From Methanobacteriota archaeon (GTDB taxonomy: Archaea > Thermoplasmatota > Thermoplasmata > RBG-16-68-12 > JAJISG01): 64,000 nt of DNA. Both the position numbers and the translations under genes were made by a program. The stretch covers positions 19,489-83,488 of the forward strand of contig JAUVFR010000003.1 of assembly GCA_030594205.1 (NCBI GenBank), read 5' to 3'. This document shows, piece after piece, positions 46,001-55,196 of the stretch. Each line of letters begins with the position of its first letter. The stretch's first letter is position 1. The notes under the pieces were generated by a model that was given only the letters and a program-made list of their open reading frames with translations, did not search any database and was not told where the DNA came from.

Positions 46001-46135
46001 TACACGTGTCCCGAGTGCGGCGAGGAGGCCATGGTGAGAAAGACCGAGAAGCCCGGTTGGTACAACCTCAAGTGCGAGAAGTGCGGCGCCGAGCGCGGCC
46101 CCTTCCCTGACGCCGAGGACATGTCGGTGGCCTAG
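46001..46135 (+). CDS. small four-Cys zinc-ribbon protein, start codon undefined
   Basis: My own translation gives YTCPECGEEAMVRKTEKPGWYNLKCEKCGAERGPFPDAEDMSVA. The first CPxC knuckle lies upstream of the only in-frame ATG (46031). It is below the ORF-track size cut-off. Confidence 0.4.
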   Translation, partial: YTCPECGEEAMVRKTEKPGWYNLKCEKCGAERGPFPDAEDMSVA

Positions 46136-46263
46136 GTCGCCGTCCCGGGGGTCTCCCCTTCAAAAACCTTAATAACCCAGGGTCAGATAATAACCAGACT
46201 GGGTAACCCGGCAGCGGACAGGGGAAGTTCCAGGGCCGCAGCCGACGGGAGTGAGGGGCGCGC

Positions 46264-46719
46264 GTGAGCTTCGAGAAGGACTTCGAGGAGATGCGGGATC
46301 GCATCGACAAGATGCTCAAGGACTTCTTCAGGGGCCGCCCCTACTGGTCTGGAACGCCCGTAGGCCGCGGTGCCGGCAAGAAGAGGAGGCGCTGGGACGC
46401 CGAGCAACGACAGGAGGGTGAATCGATGAGCCGAGTGGTGGAGGGCAGGGATCCCAGCGAACGGGAACCGGTCTATGACGTGATTGCCGGGGAAGAGGAC
46501 ATCTTCATTACGGTGGAACTCCCGGGGACAACCCCGGAGAAGATTAGCCTCCGGGCATCGGAACGCGCCCTGACGGTCGAAGCACAGGGTTACCGTCGTT
46601 ATTGGAAAATACTCGAGATGCCGGAGCCCGTCGAAGCATCGACCCTTACCTGGACCTTCAACAACGGCGTCTTGGACGTCACCATCGCGAAGCAGGCGCA
46701 GGGCATCCTCTCTGACTGA
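46264..46719 (+). CDS. Hsp20/alpha-crystallin family small heat-shock protein
   Basis: Alpha-crystallin domain (DVIAGEEDIFITVELPGTTPEKISL...NNGVLDVTIAK). GTG start preceded by GAGTGAGGGG. Confidence 0.85.
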   Translation: MSFEKDFEEMRDRIDKMLKDFFRGRPYWSGTPVGRGAGKKRRRWDAEQRQEGESMSRVVEGRDPSEREPVYDVIAGEEDIFITVELPGTTPEKISLRASERALTVEAQGYRRYWKILEMPEPVEASTLTWTFNNGVLDVTIAKQAQGILSD

Positions 46720-47014
46720 ACGGACGCCCCTCTGCTGCGAGACGCATATGTCCAGCGGCGTGCCGGTTCTTGGAACGATTGTATCGCCGTTCACGCCGCG
46801 GACTAGAAACAATTAACAATCGGCGCTGTCATTCATCAGCGTGGAAGGGGAACCGGTGGCCTTGGACTCCGAGATGTGCGTGATCTGCAAATTCCCCCTC
46901 CCCGCATGCATCTGTCAAGACATCCACAGCGCCGGCGATTAGCTCCCGCCATCCGAGAGAGAAATCGGACCCCGCCGGGTTTTCAATCTCTCCCTCTGGA
47001 CTGAGCCCATTACC

Positions 47015-47021
47015 CTTATAA
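47015..47021 (+). promoter_or_regulatory. TATA box candidate for the 2-oxoacid:ferredoxin oxidoreductase operon
   Basis: CTTATAA lies 40 nt upstream of the TTG at 47061. GGGAGG (47048-47053) lies 7 nt before the start. Confidence 0.4.
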
Positions 47022-47060
47022 CGGCCTTAAGACGTAGTCCGGCCAGAGGGAGGTTCTCCC

Positions 47061-48821
47061 TTGATTACGAACGATCTGGCCGTGATGATTGGCGGTAGGG
47101 CCGGCGATGGCAGCCTTGTGACCGGAGAGATCCTAGCCAAGGTGTTTCGTGACATGGGGCTGGAAGTCTTCACCATCCGGGATTTCCCCTCCAACATTCG
47201 AGGCCTACCTACCAGTTACACGATTCGGACGAAAGATCGGTCCATTATGGCCCGGAAGGACCACCCTGATATCCTCCTCGCGATCGACGAAGAGGCCCTC
47301 CGCTTGCACGGGGACGAGCTGCCCCCGGACGGGGTCGTGATCTACGACAGCTCCAGCGGGGAAGGCCCCCCTGATTTCGAGAGGGAGGACGTCCACGTCT
47401 ACCAGGTTCCACTGAAGAGCATCACGGTGGACAATCTGGGAGGCGCGCGCGCGGAGATTTTCAAAAACGTCGTCTCCCTCGGCGTGTTGGCCCACCTCCT
47501 CTCCGTTGACGTGGCAATCATCAAAGAGGCCATCGAGAAGGAGTTCTCCCGGAAGGGAGAGGAGATCGTCCAGAAGAACTTCCAGGCCCTGGACCTGGGT
47601 GCGCAATACGCCGATGAGAACCTCGCGAAGACGGACCCCTACGTCCTTGAGCGTCGCGATAAGCAGGACAGTCTCCTCATTCTTGGGGACGATGCCATCG
47701 CCTACGGGGCCCTCGCGGCAGGCCTTCGGTTCTACGCCGGCTATCCCATCACGCCGGCCACGGAGATCCTCGAGTGGCTCGCGGCCCACATGCCGGAGTA
47801 CAACGGAGTGGTCGTCCAGGCAGAAGACGAGATCTCCGCCGTCACCATGTGTTTGGGTGCCTCGTACGCCGGGCTCCGATCGATGACGGGGACCTCCGGC
47901 CCCGGCGCCGACCTCATGGTGGAAGCGATCAGCATGTCGGGGATGGCGGAGCTCCCCCTCGTCATCATCCACGGGCAGCGGGGCGGGCCCAGCACCGGCC
48001 TCCCGACCAAGGTGGAGCAGGCGGACCTCAAACACGTCCTCTTCGCCTCTCATGGCGACTTCCCTCGAATCGTCCTCGCCCCCGGGACAATCGAGGAGGG
48101 ATTCTATCTGACCGCGAAGGCCCTCAACCTGGCCGAGCGATTCCAACTTCCCGTGATCGTGCTCACTGACCAAGCCCTCTGCCAGAACAAGCAGACGATC
48201 CCGCCCTTTGACCTTTCCCAGATCGAGGTCGACCGCGGGAAGCTCCTCAACGACCCCATCGAGGCCTTGCAGTCCCCGAACGGCGGCAACTTCCACCGCT
48301 ACGCCCTCGTCGAGGATGGGGTTTCCCCACGCCCGATTCCCTCCATCCCCGGCGGTCTTCATGAGGCCAGCAGCATCGAGCACGATGAGATGGGCTACAC
48401 GACGGAGGACCCCGAGCTCCGGAAGGCCATGATGGCAAAGCGGATGCGCAAGTTGGAGACCGCCAGGCCCGAGTTACCAGGGCCAGTCCTCCACGGGGAC
48501 CCGTCTGCGGACCTCGTCTTCCTGAGCTTCGGGTATCCGACGGGGGCCATCTGGGAGGCTATGGAGCGCCTGAAAGAGGACGGCATCCCGACGAAGTACG
48601 TTCAGCTCCGCACCCTCTGGCCGTTCCCGGCGGAGGAGGTGGGAGATCTCCTCGCGGACGCAAGGGAAATCCTCGTAGTGGAGCACAACTACTCCGGCCA
48701 ATTAGCCGCGCTGCTGCCAACTCTCCTGGGGAAGGTCTTGCCGACGACCTCCGTGACCCGATATGATGGCCTCTTGATGACCCCGGGGGAGATCGTGGCG
48801 GCGGCGAAGGAGGTGGCCTAG
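47061..48821 (+). CDS. korA: 2-oxoacid:ferredoxin oxidoreductase subunit alpha (fused gamma-alpha type)
   Basis: IGGRAGDGSLVTGEILAKV (gamma-like domain) followed by the alpha domain (YAGYPITPATEILE, GPSTGLPTK). It abuts the beta subunit gene. Confidence 0.9.
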   Translation: MITNDLAVMIGGRAGDGSLVTGEILAKVFRDMGLEVFTIRDFPSNIRGLPTSYTIRTKDRSIMARKDHPDILLAIDEEALRLHGDELPPDGVVIYDSSSGEGPPDFEREDVHVYQVPLKSITVDNLGGARAEIFKNVVSLGVLAHLLSVDVAIIKEAIEKEFSRKGEEIVQKNFQALDLGAQYADENLAKTDPYVLERRDKQDSLLILGDDAIAYGALAAGLRFYAGYPITPATEILEWLAAHMPEYNGVVVQAEDEISAVTMCLGASYAGLRSMTGTSGPGADLMVEAISMSGMAELPLVIIHGQRGGPSTGLPTKVEQADLKHVLFASHGDFPRIVLAPGTIEEGFYLTAKALNLAERFQLPVIVLTDQALCQNKQTIPPFDLSQIEVDRGKLLNDPIEALQSPNGGNFHRYALVEDGVSPRPIPSIPGGLHEASSIEHDEMGYTTEDPELRKAMMAKRMRKLETARPELPGPVLHGDPSADLVFLSFGYPTGAIWEAMERLKEDGIPTKYVQLRTLWPFPAEEVGDLLADAREILVVEHNYSGQLAALLPTLLGKVLPTTSVTRYDGLLMTPGEIVAAAKEVA

Positions 48822-49700
48822 ATGGCCCAGGCCTACGACCTCACCATTAAGGAATTCAACGCGTGCGAGGAGACCTGGTGTCCGGGGTGCGGGGACTTCG
48901 GTGTGAATGGCGCCCTGAAGCGGGCCATGGTCAACCTGGAGCTGAGCCCCGAACAGATCGTCCTCGTCACGGGGATCGGTTGCTCGAGCAAGATTTCGGA
49001 CTACTTCAAGTCCTACACCTTCCACACGATCCACGGACGCCCTCTGCCCGTGGCCAGCGCCATCAAGATCGCGAACCCCGATCTCAACGTGATCGTCGCG
49101 ACGGGGGATGGCGACGGCTACGCCATCGGGATGGGACACTTCATCCATGCCATTCGACGAAATGTAAACATCACCATGATCGTGATGAACAACCAGGTCT
49201 ACGGCCTGACGAAGGGCCAGTTTTCCCCGACCGCCGCCCGCGGATTCGAGTCCGGTACGTCCCCCGACGGATCGGAAGAAGATCCCATCGACGGGCCCGC
49301 ATTGGCCTTGGCCGCTGGCGCCTCGTTCGTGGCCCGGTCGTTTTCGGCCGACATGAAGGGGAGCATCGCCACCTTCGAGGCCGCCATCCGGCACCGCGGC
49401 TTTTCCGTCGTGGATGACCTGAGCCCATGTGTGACCTTCAACAAGGTCAACACCTACGCGTGGTTCCGACAGAACATCCGAAAGCTCGAAGAGGAGGACT
49501 ACGAGCCCACCGATCGCACACGTGCGTTGGAGCTCGTCCTGAATTCCGAGAAGATTCCCGTCGGGATCCTGTATCAGGATGATAGCCCCCCGGATACCTA
49601 CGAGGAGCGGGTCCTGAAGGACCTGACGAAGGCGCCCGTCTGGGAGAACCTGGACCCGAAGGGCTGGGAATACGCGCGGATCATGGACGAGTTCCGCTGA
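48822..49700 (+). CDS. korB: 2-oxoacid:ferredoxin oxidoreductase subunit beta
   Basis: WCPGCGDFG and GIGCSS, and the TPP-binding GDGDGYAIG...NNQVYGLTKGQ. The ATG directly follows the korA stop. Confidence 0.9.
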   Translation: MAQAYDLTIKEFNACEETWCPGCGDFGVNGALKRAMVNLELSPEQIVLVTGIGCSSKISDYFKSYTFHTIHGRPLPVASAIKIANPDLNVIVATGDGDGYAIGMGHFIHAIRRNVNITMIVMNNQVYGLTKGQFSPTAARGFESGTSPDGSEEDPIDGPALALAAGASFVARSFSADMKGSIATFEAAIRHRGFSVVDDLSPCVTFNKVNTYAWFRQNIRKLEEEDYEPTDRTRALELVLNSEKIPVGILYQDDSPPDTYEERVLKDLTKAPVWENLDPKGWEYARIMDEFR

Positions 49701-49769
49701 CACGCTCCAGCCGCCGATTGGCCGGTCAAAGGCTTAAATCCGGGCGGACGCGTAGTCTTCCCGAAACGA

Positions 49770-50231
49770 ATGGTCCGCGCTGGACGCCCTCGCACCGACA
49801 AGGAAACTCCGTTGGTGGAGGCCTCCTCCGCGGGGGGTGTGGTCTTTCGTCCGGGCGGCAAGGTGCTCCTGCTCCGGAAAGGAAACGAGCGGCGCTGGTG
49901 TCTCCCTAAGGGGGGCGTGGAAGAGGGCGAAGGGCCTGAGGACGCGGCTCGCCGGGAGATCCGGGAGGAGACGGGTCTCTACTGCACCCTCGTGGGCCAC
50001 GTCCTGGACATTCGCTACCAGTACTATTGGCCCGCGGAGAGCGTGAATTACGACAAGACCGTGAAGTACTACCTGGCCGAGGTGGTGGGCGGAAGCGTCA
50101 AGCTTGAGCCGATTTTCGATGGGTACCGGTGGTGCAGCGAGAAGGAGGCGCTACGACTCCTGCACTACGAGAACGACAAGCGGGTCGTTCGCCGCGCCTT
50201 TCGTCGTCTCCGTGGGATGCGAGGCGCGTAG
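49770..50231 (+). CDS. NUDIX hydrolase
   Basis: The Nudix box GGVEEGEGPEDAARREIREETGL. A CTTAAAT box (49733-49739) lies about 30 nt upstream of the ATG. Confidence 0.85.
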   Translation: MVRAGRPRTDKETPLVEASSAGGVVFRPGGKVLLLRKGNERRWCLPKGGVEEGEGPEDAARREIREETGLYCTLVGHVLDIRYQYYWPAESVNYDKTVKYYLAEVVGGSVKLEPIFDGYRWCSEKEALRLLHYENDKRVVRRAFRRLRGMRGA

Positions 50232-50238
50232 GGAACGC

Positions 50239-51957
50239 TCAGCGGTCTAGCCACGCCTGAAATTCCGCGAGCGACCTCGTATTGACCACATCTTCCGCCT
50301 CAAGCCATCCCCTTCGGGCCTGTCCCACGCCAAACTTCATCTGATCGAGCCCGACCGTGGCGTGGGCGTCTGTATTGATGATGAGAGGGGCGCCTGCCTC
50401 CTTGGCCGCCCGCGCATGGGCGCCGTTGAGATCTAGGCGAGAAATCCCTGCGTTGAGCTCCAACGCGGTCCCCGTTATCGTTGCCACCTCGAAGACCCGG
50501 GGGAGGTCCAGGGCGATGGGTTCTCGCTCGTTGATATGCCGGGCGGTGGGATGGGCGAGGATGGTCAGGAACTCGTTCTCCATGGCCGTGATGACTCGGT
50601 CTGTCATCTCCTCTTCTGGTTGGGTGAATCGGGAGTGGATGGATCCGATGGCAAAGTCCAGGCCCTTGAGGACCTCATCCGGGTAGTCGAGTCGCCCTCC
50701 CTCGAGGATGTCTACCTCCGCTCCGTGGAGGATGCGGATGTCGGGCATCTTCCCCTGAAGGTCCTTGATCTCGGCATCTTCCTCGATGACCTCCTCCTCC
50801 TTTAACCCGCCGGCGATGTGGAGCGACTGGGAGTGGTCGCTGATGCCCACGTACTCGTACCCCCTCGCCTGGGCCGCCCGCACCATGGCCTCGAGGGTGT
50901 CGTGACCGTCGCTCCAGTTTGTGTGGACATGGAGGTCCCCCCTCAGATTCTCAAGGCTGATGAGATGGGGAAGCTCACCGCGATGGGCGGCCTCGATCTC
51001 GCCCTGTCCCTGGCGAAGTTCTGGTTCGATGTATGGCAGGCCCAGCGCCTGATAGACCTCTTCCTCCGTGGCTCCCGCCACCTGCTTATCGCCGCGAGAG
51101 ACCCCGTATTCGTTGAGCCGCATCCCAAGCGAGATCGCGAGGCTGCGGAGCCGGATGTTGTGGTCTTTCGAGCCGGTAAAGTACAGGAGGCCGGCCCCGT
51201 AGCTCTCCCCGTCTAGAACCCGCAGGTCGGCCTGCATGCCATTGCCCAGGATCACGGAGGACTTCGTGTTCCCCTGCAGGAGGACCTCCTGCACGTCGGG
51301 CATCCCGACGAACGCCAACATGACCTCGGCGGGCGCCTCGGAGGCGGCGAGGATGTCGATGTCACCGATAGTCTCGCGCATCCTCCGCAGACTCCCCCCG
51401 ACGGCGATCTGGTCGATGGGGGCCCGGGCCTTCAGATAGACGATCATCCCTTCGGCGATTGGGAGCGCCCGTCCAAGGATCATCCGTTGCACGTAGGCCT
51501 CTCTTAGCTCGATTCCCCGGAGAATGTTCTTCGCCTTCTTTGGCCCGAGACCCTTGACCCGGTAGAGCCGGCCTGACTCAGCCGCTTCCCTCAACTCCTC
51601 TACCGTCGAGATGTCCAGACGATCGTAGAGCAGTTTTGTCGTCTTCGGACCTACCCCCTGGATCCGCATGATCTCGACGAGCCCCTCGGGGATTTCGGCC
51701 TTCAACTTCTCGTACACCTGGACCCGGCCCGTCTTCAGGAACTCGGCAATCTTCGCGGCCAGGTTCTTCCCGATGCCAGGAATCTCGCCGACGCGGTCCT
51801 CCCGCCAGAGGTCCTCCACATCCTGGCTCATCCCCTCGATGTTTCGGGCGGCGCGGCGGTATGCACTGGGCTTGAACTCCACTCCCTGCAGTTCGAGGTA
51901 GTCCGCTATCCCGAAGAAGATGCGAGCCACCTCTTGGTTCTTCACGGGCCGTCGCAA
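50239..51957 (-). CDS. polX: DNA polymerase X family protein with C-terminal PHP domain (PolX)
   Basis: N-terminal HhH/8-kDa domain (NQEVARIFFGIADYLEL, GIGKNLAAKI), a pol-beta nucleotidyltransferase core (GSLRRMRETIGDIDIL) and PHP motifs (DLHVHTNWSDG). The start is TTG 51957 or GTG 51945. Confidence 0.88.
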   Translation of the reverse strand: MRRPVKNQEVARIFFGIADYLELQGVEFKPSAYRRAARNIEGMSQDVEDLWREDRVGEIPGIGKNLAAKIAEFLKTGRVQVYEKLKAEIPEGLVEIMRIQGVGPKTTKLLYDRLDISTVEELREAAESGRLYRVKGLGPKKAKNILRGIELREAYVQRMILGRALPIAEGMIVYLKARAPIDQIAVGGSLRRMRETIGDIDILAASEAPAEVMLAFVGMPDVQEVLLQGNTKSSVILGNGMQADLRVLDGESYGAGLLYFTGSKDHNIRLRSLAISLGMRLNEYGVSRGDKQVAGATEEEVYQALGLPYIEPELRQGQGEIEAAHRGELPHLISLENLRGDLHVHTNWSDGHDTLEAMVRAAQARGYEYVGISDHSQSLHIAGGLKEEEVIEEDAEIKDLQGKMPDIRILHGAEVDILEGGRLDYPDEVLKGLDFAIGSIHSRFTQPEEEMTDRVITAMENEFLTILAHPTARHINEREPIALDLPRVFEVATITGTALELNAGISRLDLNGAHARAAKEAGAPLIINTDAHATVGLDQMKFGVGQARRGWLEAEDVVNTRSLAEFQAWLDR

Positions 51958-52047
51958 AGCCGTGGTTCGTTAATAGATTACCAGGGAGTCCGTTCGCTGA
52001 AGAACCCCCGTTCTCTGGAGGGATAATGGGGCACAAAGGTATAGGAA

Positions 52048-53670
52048 ATGAGGCAGCCATCCCCGCGGCGAGCTGGCTCGATGGACTTTCGAGGGATACC
52101 CGAGGACATGCTTGCCTTCTTTCGGGGGACGGGAGGCCATTCCCTCATCATCAAGGGCTCCGCCGGGACAGGTAAGACGACCCTCGCCCTTCAGTTGATC
52201 GAGGAACTCGACGACATCCCGGGGTCCTACTATCTGAGCCTCCGCGTCTCGGACACCTCCCTCTATCGCCAGTTCCCATGGCTCCAGGCGAAGGTCCGAG
52301 AGGCCGAGCTCATGAAGATCGGACAGCGGTTTCTGCGAAGTTTCGACGAGCTGACCGACGAGGAACAGGAGCGCGTCCGGCAGGCTCGGTCCCTCTTGCG
52401 TGAGGTCTCCGGGGACGAAGTCCGCGTGAGCCGCGTCGACCGCACGGAGCTGAACAGGCTCGAAGGCCGCGTCGAGATGGGCCAAGAGGGGGGCGACATC
52501 TTCGAGGGGGTCGAAGGCGTCGAAGGCGGGGAAGTGACGGACGAAGGCGTCATCTTCGACCTCCACTCCGACCTTCCAGAGATGGACCTCGCCTACGAGG
52601 CGGTGGACAAGAATCTCCCTCAGAAGAGCCTCTTGGTCATCGACAGCATCGACGCCCTCAGCGAGCGGTACGGCATCCACCCGGCCAAGCTGATCAACAC
52701 CATTCAGAAGGACTTGGTGGAGAACAGCAACACGAACGTGGTCTATATTCTGGAACAGGGCGGGATCACCAAACTGGACTACCTTGGCGATGGCGTCGTG
52801 GACATGCGGGACGACGAGGTCCAGAGCCGACGACTCCGCATCATGGCTATTGAGAAGCTGCGCGGGCGGGAGATCGCCCAACACAAGCACGTCTTTACCC
52901 TAAAGGATGGACGGGTCACGGCCTTTCCTCAACGCCTACCGGAGGCCCCGAGCACGCGCCGACGTTGGAAGGCCCTGAAGGATGTCGGAGGGGAACCCTC
53001 CACGGGACACGCTGATCTTGATGGCCTGATTGGGCGCCTCGAACGGGGCGGCATCCTCGCCCTCCAGGTCGACGCCCGCGTCCCAGACGGCTTCGTCAAT
53101 CCCCTCCTCCTCGGCCTTATCGCGAACTTCGTTCGGAAGCAGCGGGGCGTTGCCTATGTCCCCCCACGAAAGGTGGCCGCCGATGACGTCCGGGATGTGC
53201 TCAGGCGCTACGTGGGGCCCGACGCCCTCGACCGCTACCTCCGCGTCCTCGAGGCGGCCCCCCTCGGGACCCTCGAAAGCAGCGCGGCTGCCCTTCAGAT
53301 GGAGGGGGCCGACGTCGAGACGGACCTGCGGTGGAGTACGATTCAGTACCATCTCGGCGAAACAAAATCGCCCATCCTCTCCCTCATGGCCTTCGATACA
53401 TTGGAGGCCGTCTACGGGCCTGATGTTGCCTCCCAACTGACAGGCCATCTGGCCGCGATCCGGAAATCCAAGGACGTCTTCGTGGGCCTCGCCTCAGCCG
53501 ATTCCCCGTCCGCGGATGCCTTGGCGGTTCTCGCCTCGGTTCACCTCCGCATCGAGAATGTGGAAGGGTCGATCCTCCTCTTCGGGGAGAAGCCCTACAC
53601 TCCCTTCCACGGCCTCTCCTACGGCGTGGAGGAGGGTTTTCCCCAGGCCCGCCTCCTCCCTGTCGTCTGA
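52048..53670 (+). CDS. KaiC/RecA-superfamily ATPase, GvpD-like two-domain protein
   Basis: Walker A GSAGTGKTTLALQL and Walker B SLLVIDSIDAL are separated by an acidic ~95-aa insert. The second, RecA-like half has no P-loop. ATG 52081 (MDFRGIPEDML) is an alternative start. Confidence 0.7.
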   Translation: MRQPSPRRAGSMDFRGIPEDMLAFFRGTGGHSLIIKGSAGTGKTTLALQLIEELDDIPGSYYLSLRVSDTSLYRQFPWLQAKVREAELMKIGQRFLRSFDELTDEEQERVRQARSLLREVSGDEVRVSRVDRTELNRLEGRVEMGQEGGDIFEGVEGVEGGEVTDEGVIFDLHSDLPEMDLAYEAVDKNLPQKSLLVIDSIDALSERYGIHPAKLINTIQKDLVENSNTNVVYILEQGGITKLDYLGDGVVDMRDDEVQSRRLRIMAIEKLRGREIAQHKHVFTLKDGRVTAFPQRLPEAPSTRRRWKALKDVGGEPSTGHADLDGLIGRLERGGILALQVDARVPDGFVNPLLLGLIANFVRKQRGVAYVPPRKVAADDVRDVLRRYVGPDALDRYLRVLEAAPLGTLESSAAALQMEGADVETDLRWSTIQYHLGETKSPILSLMAFDTLEAVYGPDVASQLTGHLAAIRKSKDVFVGLASADSPSADALAVLASVHLRIENVEGSILLFGEKPYTPFHGLSYGVEEGFPQARLLPVV

Positions 53671-53719
53671 CTTTGAGCGGCTCAAAGAATCTCAGGCCTG
53701 ATAACCGAATAGAAATAGG

Positions 53720-53726
53720 TTTAAAT
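53720..53726 (+). promoter_or_regulatory. TATA box candidate for wHTH gene 1 (leaderless geometry)
   Basis: TTTAAAT is centred about 25 nt upstream of the ATG at 53748. Confidence 0.4.
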
Positions 53727-53747
53727 TGATGTCGTAACGCCAAGCCG

Positions 53748-54089
53748 ATGCGGGAGAAGGACATTTCGCGTCTCCTCACGGACGATTATGCGGAACGGAT
53801 TCTCGTCGCGACCCACCAACGTGCCAAATCCGTCCAGGAGATCAGCGATCGGTACGACATCCCCATCGCGGCCTGCTATCGCAAGGTCCACGAACTCGAG
53901 GATGCCGGCTTTCTCCGTTGCTCCCGTATCGTTACCACCTCTAAAGGGAAGGCCATGAAGCTCTACCAGGCCACCCTAAGGAAGGCCCAACTCCGCTTCG
54001 AGTCGGGCTCCTTCCAGGTGCGGTTCGAGTTCGACCACGAATCCCGAATGAATGGGAAGTGGATCGAGCTTAACTCCGCGCTTACGTAG
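53748..54089 (+). CDS. small winged helix-turn-helix (ArsR-like) transcriptional regulator
   Basis: LLTDDYAERILVATHQRAKSVQEISDRYDIPIAACYRKVHELEDAGFLRC. It is a clear paralogue of 56220..56567. Confidence 0.7.
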   Translation: MREKDISRLLTDDYAERILVATHQRAKSVQEISDRYDIPIAACYRKVHELEDAGFLRCSRIVTTSKGKAMKLYQATLRKAQLRFESGSFQVRFEFDHESRMNGKWIELNSALT

Positions 54090-54202
54090 CCCCCTTCTCT
54101 CCAGCCCTCACGAATGCTTCCCAGGCGGAGCCTTTCTGTGCGGGAAGGGTTAATTAGGCGGCACCCGCCTAATCTACGTGAGAACCTCCGAGGTACCTTG
54201 CC

Positions 54203-55120
54203 GTGCTTTACGATGTTATCATCCTAGGATCCGGCCCTGCGGGGCTGACCAGCGCCGTCTATGCCACCCGGGGAAATCTCAAGACCCTCGTAATCGCGGG
54301 GTTCGAGTACGGCGGCCAGCTCATGCTTACGACCGATGTGGAAAACTACCCCGGCTTTCCCGAGGGGATTCAAGGCCCCGACCTGATGGACGTCATGATC
54401 AAGCAGGCCGAGCGATTCGGGGCGGAGTTCGTCTACGAGAACGCCACGTCCGTGGATTTCAATAGCAGCCCGTTCAAGGTCCACATCGAGGACAAGAGCT
54501 ACGAAGGCCGGAGCGTCATTATCGCCACCGGCGCCTCGGCCCGGTGGCTCGGCCTGGAATCGGAGAAGCGTCTCATCGGCTACGGTGTCTCCAGCTGCGC
54601 GACCTGTGATGGTCACTTCTTCCGGGACATGGACCTCGTGGTCGTGGGGGGCGGCGACACGGCCATCGAAGAGGCCCTCTTCCTTGCAAAGCTCGCCAAG
54701 CACGTGACAGTGATTCACCGACGGGACGAGCTCCGGGCGAGCAAGATTATGGCGGAACGGGCCTTCAAGAACCCCAAGATCGACTTCCTCTGGGACTCCG
54801 TCGTCGTCGAGGTGCTGGGGGAGGAGAAGGTGTCGGGAGTCCGTGTCGAGAACGTGAAGACGAAGGAGATGGAGGACATCCCGGTGGCAGGCGTCTTTGT
54901 CGCGATCGGGCACACCCCCAATACGAAAGTCTTCGACGGTCAAATCGACATGGAGAGGGGTTACATCGTCGTCAACGACTCCACAAGGACCAACGTCGAG
55001 GGGGTCTACGTCGCCGGGGATGTCCACGACTACCGCTATCGGCAAGCGGTGACGGCCGCAGGATTCGGTTGCATGGCGGCGATGGACGCGGAGAAGTGGT
55101 TGGAGGCCCAGGACACCTGA
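54203..55120 (+). CDS. trxB: thioredoxin-disulfide reductase
   Basis: GSGPAGLTSAVYA (FAD), the redox-active CATCDG, VVGGGDTAIEEA (NADPH) and GVYVAGDV. Confidence 0.92.
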   Translation: MLYDVIILGSGPAGLTSAVYATRGNLKTLVIAGFEYGGQLMLTTDVENYPGFPEGIQGPDLMDVMIKQAERFGAEFVYENATSVDFNSSPFKVHIEDKSYEGRSVIIATGASARWLGLESEKRLIGYGVSSCATCDGHFFRDMDLVVVGGGDTAIEEALFLAKLAKHVTVIHRRDELRASKIMAERAFKNPKIDFLWDSVVVEVLGEEKVSGVRVENVKTKEMEDIPVAGVFVAIGHTPNTKVFDGQIDMERGYIVVNDSTRTNVEGVYVAGDVHDYRYRQAVTAAGFGCMAAMDAEKWLEAQDT

Positions 55121-55196
55121 GGGCAGCCCCGCGCGAAGCCCACTCCGGTCCCTGGTCCTTCGCCCGCCGGAAGTGCGATACCAAGGTCCGAGAGCG

